Assembly: GCA_040751795.1 (NCBI GenBank)
Contig: JBFMHR010000001.1
Span: 96,001-160,000 of the forward strand
Length of the DNA stretch: 64,000 bases
Reading direction: 5' to 3'
Origin: Thermoplasmatota archaeon
Lineage (GTDB): Archaea > Thermoplasmatota > Thermoplasmata > UBA10834
Below the pieces are notes generated by a model, which had not been told where the DNA came from, did not search any database, and saw nothing but the letters and a program-made list of their open reading frames with translations. Below, piece after piece: positions 58,390-64,000 of this stretch (position 1 is the first letter of the stretch; each line of letters starts with the position of its first letter). The position numbers and the translations under genes are program-made.

Positions 58390-59562
58390 TCAGACCCTCC
58401 TGAAGACGTGCACGACCGCCGTCGCGCCCGTGCCGCCCACGTTGTGGGTGAGCCCCACGGACGCGTCCTTGACCTGCCTCTTGCCGGCCCTGCCCCTGAG
58501 CTGGGTCACAATCTCCACGGCCTGCGCGAGCCCCGTCGCGCCGATGGGGTCGCCCCTGGCCTTGAGGCCTCCCGAGGTGTTGACCGCGACGTCGCCCGAG
58601 AGCGACGTCCTGCCCTCCTCGGTCGCCTTCCCGCCCTCCCCCTTCTTGAAGAAGCCGAGGTCCTCTATGGCGAGTATCTCGCTGATGGTGAAGTTGTCGT
58701 GCACCTCCGCGACGTCGACGTCCTTGTGCGTCACGCCCCCCATCTTGAAGGCCCTCTCCGCCGCCACCCTGGTGGCATCGAAGCTCATGACGTCCCGGCG
58801 GTGGTGCAGCGCCAGGGTGTCGCTCGCCTGGCCCGAGCCGACGATCTCCACCGGCACCTCGACGTGCTTCTTCGCCTGGTCGAGGGGGCACAGGACCACC
58901 GCCGCCGCCCCGTCAGAGCTCGGGGCGCAGTCGAATACCCTCAGCGGCGAGGATACGAGGGGGGAGCCCGTGACCGTCTCCCTGGTGATCTCCCTCTGGA
59001 ACTGCGCCTTCGGGTTCATGGAGCCGTGCCTGTGGTTCTTGACGGCGACGTCGGCCAGCTGCTCCCTCGTGGTGCCGTGCTCGTGCATGTGCCTCCTCGC
59101 TATGAGCGCGTGGAGGCTCGGGAAGGTCGCCCCCAGCTCCGTCTCCCACTCCTGGTCCGCGGCGGAGGACTGTATGAACGCAGAGGCGACGTCGCTGACG
59201 TCCATCATCTTCTCCGCGCCCCCCACCACGACTATGTCGTGGAGGCCGGAGGCGACCGCCATGAAGCCCTGCCTCAGGGCGAGCCCGCCCGAGGCCCCCG
59301 CGGCCTCCACCCTCGTGGCGGGGATGTGGTCCCTCGCGAGGCCGGAGTAGTCCGCTATCAGCGCGCCAATGTGCTCCTGCTCGATGAACCTGCCAGCGGA
59401 CATGTTGCCGACGAATATGGCGTCGATCTTGTCCGCGCTGATGTTGGCGTCCTCCACCGCCGAGAGGCCCGCCCTTATCCCTATGTCCCTGAACGAGGCG
59501 TCCCAGAGCTCTCCGAACTTGGTGTCCCCGACGCCTATGACCGCGACCTTCCTCACGCTCAT
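58390..59562 (-). CDS. Archaeal thiolase-family protein with substituted catalytic residues
   Basis: [47 protein letters not shown]. Confidence 0.9.
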   Translation of the reverse strand: MSVRKVAVIGVGDTKFGELWDASFRDIGIRAGLSAVEDANISADKIDAIFVGNMSAGRFIEQEHIGALIADYSGLARDHIPATRVEAAGASGGLALRQGFMAVASGLHDIVVVGGAEKMMDVSDVASAFIQSSAADQEWETELGATFPSLHALIARRHMHEHGTTREQLADVAVKNHRHGSMNPKAQFQREITRETVTGSPLVSSPLRVFDCAPSSDGAAAVVLCPLDQAKKHVEVPVEIVGSGQASDTLALHHRRDVMSFDATRVAAERAFKMGGVTHKDVDVAEVHDNFTISEILAIEDLGFFKKGEGGKATEEGRTSLSGDVAVNTSGGLKARGDPIGATGLAQAVEIVTQLRGRAGKRQVKDASVGLTHNVGGTGATAVVHVFRRV

Positions 59563-60611
59563 CCCCTCCCCAGGGTGATCTTGCCCCTGAACTTCGCATA
59601 GTTGGCGTAGTCGAGGAACTTCGGGTTCGCTATGATCTGCTTGACCGTCGGCGCCCTGTCCCTCGCGTAGCGCTTGATCTCGTCCTTCACCGTGATGTCG
59701 AAGGCGTCGGAGCCGGCCCCGGAGCCGTAGGCGACGGCGAAGACCCTGTCGCCGGGCTTGGCCTCGTCCAGGATGGCCGCCAGGCCGAGGGGCACCGCGC
59801 CGGAGTAGGTGTTGCCTATCTGGGGGACTATGAGCCCCGCCTTGATCTGATCGTCCGAGAAGCCGAGCTGCTTGGCCACCCTGGTGGGGAACTTGCCGTT
59901 GGGCTGGTGGAACACCGCGTGGGTGTAGTCCTTGGGAGTTGTGCCGGCCTTGGCCAGCATCCCCTTGGCGCAGCTCATTATGTGCTTGAAGTAGGCCGGC
60001 TCGCCCGTGAACCTCCCGCCGTGGCTGGGGTACATCTGCCCCTCCCGCCTCCAGAAGTCCGGGGTGTCGGTCGTGTAGGAGTAGGTCCTGTCGATCCTGG
60101 CTATGACCTTCTCCGAGCCGATGAGGAACGCCGCCCCGCCCGCGGAGGCGGAGTACTCGAGGGGGTCGCCCGGCGCCCCCTGGGAGGTGTCCGCCCCGAT
60201 GGCGACGCCGTACTTGATGTGCCCCGAGCCGACCAGGCCCATGCACATCTGGATGCCGGCGGTGCCCGCCTTGCAGGCGAACTCCAGGTCCGCGACGGTC
60301 AGGTGCGGGGACGCCTCGATCGCCTCGGCGACTATCGTGCCGGAGGGCTTCACCGCGTACGGGTGCGACTCCGACCCGACGTAAATGGCGCCTATGTCCT
60401 GGGGGTCCATGTCCACCCTCCTGAGCATGCTCCGGGCCGCCTCGACCGCTATCGTTATGGTGTCCTCGTCGGGACCAGGCACGGACTTGCTCGATATCAT
60501 CAGTCCCTTTCCCATCGCCTTGCCGTCCACGCCCCACACCTTGCCTATCTCCTCAGGGCTGATCCTGTAGCGGGGGACGTAGGCTCCGTAGCTCACGATT
60601 CCCGTCTCCAT
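59559..60611 (-). CDS. Hydroxymethylglutaryl-CoA synthase (archaeal)
   Basis: [42 protein letters not shown]. Confidence 0.95.
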   Translation of the reverse strand: METGIVSYGAYVPRYRISPEEIGKVWGVDGKAMGKGLMISSKSVPGPDEDTITIAVEAARSMLRRVDMDPQDIGAIYVGSESHPYAVKPSGTIVAEAIEASPHLTVADLEFACKAGTAGIQMCMGLVGSGHIKYGVAIGADTSQGAPGDPLEYSASAGGAAFLIGSEKVIARIDRTYSYTTDTPDFWRREGQMYPSHGGRFTGEPAYFKHIMSCAKGMLAKAGTTPKDYTHAVFHQPNGKFPTRVAKQLGFSDDQIKAGLIVPQIGNTYSGAVPLGLAAILDEAKPGDRVFAVAYGSGAGSDAFDITVKDEIKRYARDRAPTVKQIIANPKFLDYANYAKFRGKITLGRG

Positions 60612-60626
60612 CTTATCCTTCCCCTC

Positions 60627-61310
60627 TCATCCCAGGGAGTTGAGTATCTCGACCAGTTCGCCCGCCGCGAGCTCCGTCCTCACGAGGGGGAGCCCCTCGA
60701 GCTCCGCGAGCCTCACGGCCAGCTCGTCCACCTGCTCCGGCTTCTGGTAGACGACCAGCGCGGGCTTCAGGGGGTGCGCCCTGATCGCGATCATGGGGGA
60801 GCGGCCGAACTTCACGCCCGTGAAGACGAGCGCCCTCTGGCTGCTCCACCCGTATATCTTGAGGTAGTCGAACGAGCTCAGGGTGGTTATTGCCCTGATG
60901 CTGTCTATGACGGTGTAGCCGTGGATGTGCTTGTCCAGGGAGATGGCGGGCGTCAGGTTCTCCCCGGAGATCCTGTCCACGAGCTCGTCCGCGAGGACCT
61001 CGTGGGCGAACTCCTTGATGGATATGATCGACTCCGTCTTCGCGGCGAGGGAGTACTGCTTGAGGACGCCCCCTCCCGTCCTCTCGTCTATGTCCAGGAA
61101 GGCGTCGACGATCTTCCTGATGGTGACTATGCCCGGGGACTTCCTCCGGCCGGCCTCGTAGTCGCTTATGACCGACGGCGATACGCCCAGGTGCTTAGAC
61201 AGCTCCTGCTGGGATATGTTGAACTGCTCCCGCCACTTGCGTATGGTCTTGCCCGGTTCCTCGGAAAGGCAGATCTCTCCCGCGACCTTCTCCCTGACCT
61301 GGTCCCGCAT
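60627..61310 (-). CDS. XRE-HTH transcriptional regulator (COG1709 type)
   Basis: AGEI.LS..PG..IRKWRE, SVISDYE.GRRKSPG, GYTVIDS, GRSPMIAIR. Confidence 0.88.
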   Translation of the reverse strand: MRDQVREKVAGEICLSEEPGKTIRKWREQFNISQQELSKHLGVSPSVISDYEAGRRKSPGIVTIRKIVDAFLDIDERTGGGVLKQYSLAAKTESIISIKEFAHEVLADELVDRISGENLTPAISLDKHIHGYTVIDSIRAITTLSSFDYLKIYGWSSQRALVFTGVKFGRSPMIAIRAHPLKPALVVYQKPEQVDELAVRLAELEGLPLVRTELAAGELVEILNSLG

Positions 61311-61525
61311 GGCTGGTGGAGAAGCCTGTCGCTACTTATAGTTTGCCGTATGTGGTTAACGGCAATAGACGAACTGCGGGATGCTGGTGCATCCCGTGGG
61401 ACTCCCGGACGCCGCGCGGGCCCGCGCCGGCGCCCCGGCACGGGCGCGGCCGCGCGCGGACTGGTGCTCCGCGCCCTGAATCACAATTATATAAGACACC
61501 TCGGCTTATCCCTGAGCGCCGCCAC

Positions 61526-61602
61526 GGGGTAGTGGTCTAGCTTGGTATGATCCGTGGTTCGGGACCACGTGACCGTCGGTTCAAATCCGACCTACCCCAC
61601 CA
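61526..61602 (+). tRNA. tRNA-Pro(CGG)
   Basis: GGGGTAG/CTACCCC acceptor, CGTGG-TTCGGGA-CCACG anticodon arm, GTTCAAATC, ACCA end. TTATATAA box upstream. Confidence 0.95.
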
Positions 61603-61730
61603 CGGCCCACACTCCTCCGCGATGGCTCCCGCCGCCGCAGACGTGAGAAAAGCGCGATGCTCCCCCGGGCCCGGCCATCGGCCGGGTGGGGGAGCTGCGG
61701 CGGCGCCCCGTGGCGCTGCCGCACTCGATG

Positions 61731-63452
61731 TTAGGGTTTGTTGTCGTCGCGGCTGCCCGTGTCGCCTCCGTAGATGAGCCACCTCGAGTCGTAGTAGATC
61801 TCGAAGAAGCCCATCCACGACGTGTCAGAGGTGAAGTCCAGGCCGATGTCCTGGTACATGTCCGGGCAGTCGATGCAGTAGTACTCCGCCGGCATCATGA
61901 CGGTCAGGTCCTCGTCGCCCAGGAACACGCCTATGCCGTAGTAGGCGTAGGTCATCTCCTTGGTGAACAGGAGCGTCCAGACGTCGTCCTCGTCCCATTG
62001 CAGCCAGGTCGGCGGGAACCAGATGTTGAGCCCGTGCGGGAACGAGTTGCCCGAGCGGTCGAGTATCTGGCTCTGCGAGACCCAGAGGAGGGCCCCGTCG
62101 CCCGTCAGGTACTTCGCCTGCCACACGCCGCGGTATATGCCTGGCTCCACGTACCCGAACTTGTCCATGAAGTCCTCGAGGAGGAGCCTCACGAACGGGT
62201 CCTTGAGTTCATAGAGCTCCGGCAGGTCGGTAAGGTCGACGTCCTCGCTCGGCGGCACCGCGTCGCCGTAGGCCTCGTAGTTCGAGAGGGCCGACATGCT
62301 CCACAGCCAAGTGTAGGTGTCGGGGAGCCACTCGTACCCCTGCTGGTCGTTGATCTTACCGATCAGCGCGCAGTCCCTTGCGGACGAGATGTTGTTCCTG
62401 TTCAGCGGGATCCAGGACCACACGTCCACGCCGGTGGTGAGGTCCGGGTACATCCACTGGTCCAGCTTCGCTTCGATTTCGACGTCCTCGGCCTCCGCCT
62501 CATCGATGATGTCCTCGGAGAGCGCCCCGGTCATGATGTAGTCCAGGTAGGCGTCGAATGCGTCGACGACCGCCTCGACCTTCTCGCCGCCCTCGCCCAT
62601 CTGGAACACGGCCGCCGTCACGTACATCTGGGAATTGGCGAGCAGCTTGTCGTACTTCGGCTTGCTGCCCCCGGTGTTGTTGTAGTACTTGACGTAGTCC
62701 TGGGTGAGGACTATGCACGCCTCGTCCACGGGCATGGCCGGGTCTGCGACGAGGTCCTTCACGAAGAGGTAGTACGGCAGCCCCTCCAGCGGGACCTGCT
62801 GCTGCGAACCCACGAAGTAGCTCGTGACCTTCCTCAGCTCGTAGGCGACCTCTATCGAGCCCATGTTGTCCCCGTCGAAGACGAGCGCGTCGATCCATGC
62901 GTCCCTGTTCTCGGTGTACACGGTCTCGAGAGCCCCTCTCAGCCCGTCAATGGGCATCAGGAGGTTCTCCACGTCCTCCTCGTCCTCATTCACGGTGTCG
63001 TCTGGGCATATCCCGCACCACGCGTGCCCATTCTTGAGCACCAGCATGGTCTTGTCCGCGGGGTAGGCCGGGATGGCCCACCCGAGGAAGTCGACCATCG
63101 TCTGCGGGTCGGTCATCCTCTTCTCGACGTTGCCGGTGCCGAAGGCGGCGGAGGTCTTCTCCGTCATGCCGTCCTCCGTCAGCTCGAACACGTCGGTGTC
63201 GCCGTTGTTCGGCCCGTCGATCAGCAGCACGAAGGCCACCGCGGCCCCGTCGGCCTCGGCCTCCGCGAGGGCCTTCAAGGTCTGATCGACGCAGAACTCC
63301 GTGGCCTGATACAGGTCGTTGTCCGCTCCGAAATACATCAGGACTGTCCAATCCCTGCCGGTGGACTCGCCCGATGTCCCCAGCGCCGCCGCAGGCAGCA
63401 GCATCATCGCCGTCGCCATGAGGGCGGTCGCAAATCTGCTCCTACTCCTCAT
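61731..63452 (-). CDS. Secreted clostripain (C11)-like protein with altered catalytic motifs
   Basis: Signal peptide, WTVLMYFGADNDL, DPQTMVDFL.W....YPA, FDGDNMGSIEVAYEL, GLNIWFP. Confidence 0.8.
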   Translation of the reverse strand: MRSRSRFATALMATAMMLLPAAALGTSGESTGRDWTVLMYFGADNDLYQATEFCVDQTLKALAEAEADGAAVAFVLLIDGPNNGDTDVFELTEDGMTEKTSAAFGTGNVEKRMTDPQTMVDFLGWAIPAYPADKTMLVLKNGHAWCGICPDDTVNEDEEDVENLLMPIDGLRGALETVYTENRDAWIDALVFDGDNMGSIEVAYELRKVTSYFVGSQQQVPLEGLPYYLFVKDLVADPAMPVDEACIVLTQDYVKYYNNTGGSKPKYDKLLANSQMYVTAAVFQMGEGGEKVEAVVDAFDAYLDYIMTGALSEDIIDEAEAEDVEIEAKLDQWMYPDLTTGVDVWSWIPLNRNNISSARDCALIGKINDQQGYEWLPDTYTWLWSMSALSNYEAYGDAVPPSEDVDLTDLPELYELKDPFVRLLLEDFMDKFGYVEPGIYRGVWQAKYLTGDGALLWVSQSQILDRSGNSFPHGLNIWFPPTWLQWDEDDVWTLLFTKEMTYAYYGIGVFLGDEDLTVMMPAEYYCIDCPDMYQDIGLDFTSDTSWMGFFEIYYDSRWLIYGGDTGSRDDNKP

Positions 63453-63718
63453 TGTCATTCTCCCCCTAAGTCTCCGAACATAGTCAGTACTGACTAGCAC
63501 ACCCCCCGAGGTCTGAAACAGCATCTAATCCATTGTCTAGAATCGGTTTCATCTGGCGAAATTCGACATGGCCGTCATAGCCTGCCGCCGCAGTCAGGCA
63601 CCCTCACCGCCCCAAATCGGAGCTGACCCTGGGGGGGCTACTGACCCCCCTCCCGGGGAGCGGCTGCCCGCGGCGCCACCCGGGGGATCGGACGGCCGGG
63701 CGACCCGCGCATCTCCAC

Positions 63719-63825
63719 AAGAAGAAGGGGTTTGGCGGGGCCCGCCCTCCCATTCCTTGGCACGGAGAGTTGGGGAGGAGGGAGGGGTTGGGCCCCTTAG
63801 AGTTGATTGGCTTTGGCTTCCCCCG
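63719..63825 (-). ncRNA. Candidate small structured RNA or leader
   Basis: TATAAAAA box at about 63838-63845 (minus strand), GGGGCCC/CCTCCC stem-loop, CCCCTTCTTCTT end, no credible ORF. Confidence 0.3.
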
Positions 63826-64000
63826 AATCCAAATCCATTTTTATACTGAGGTCTGCCGGACCGCCCTGCCGCGAACGCCCGGCAGGGAAGGCCTCCGGCG
63901 GTGAGGGAGCCCGTTCCGCGCCCTCGTGGCTCGGCGTGACAGTACCTCGCGCCAGTATTCACGATGGATGAAATAGCCTACAGACTCTCGCCTGAGAACG

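Noticed and set aside
61526-64000. Island at tRNA-Pro
   Set aside because: No att duplication or mobility gene within the window. It cannot be excluded beyond the edge.
1-64000. Pyrrolysine/selenocysteine readthrough
   Set aside because: Recognised genes reach their expected C-termini, and I saw no in-frame TAG/TGA interrupting a conserved domain.

Overview
A GC-rich archaeal chromosome segment, most likely Thermoplasmata (inferred from egsA, LonB, Hel308/Cgi121, PEF-CTERM proteins, several KaiC-like ATPases and zinc-ribbon proteins). It holds about 55 mostly housekeeping CDSs (argF, rtcB, sepF, egsA, class II RNR nrdJ with a 266-aa intein, trpB2, purC, nadM/cinA, lonB, hutH/ftcD, tldD/pmbA, HMG-CoA synthase/thiolase/DUF35) and two tRNAs (His-GTG, Pro-CGG). 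I saw no integrase, transposase, CRISPR array or clear island. The signals most worth checking are small ones missed by the ORF track or active-site anomalies: (1) a self-contained micro-operon of two tiny Lys/Cys-rich peptides beside a Rab-like GTPase; (2) a free 45-aa peptide resembling the Cys-rich C-terminal tail of this window's NrdJ; (3) 12-bp tandem operator-like repeats and a structured leader upstream of nrdJ; (4) a mevalonate-operon thiolase with its catalytic Cys and His substituted; (5) a 1503-aa helical-repeat protein ending in a RING/PHD-like finger; (6) a doubly anchored zinc-ribbon/GLVNG-repeat/PEF-CTERM protein; (7) a candidate sRNA at the window end. All assignments come from motif recognition by eye, with no database searches.
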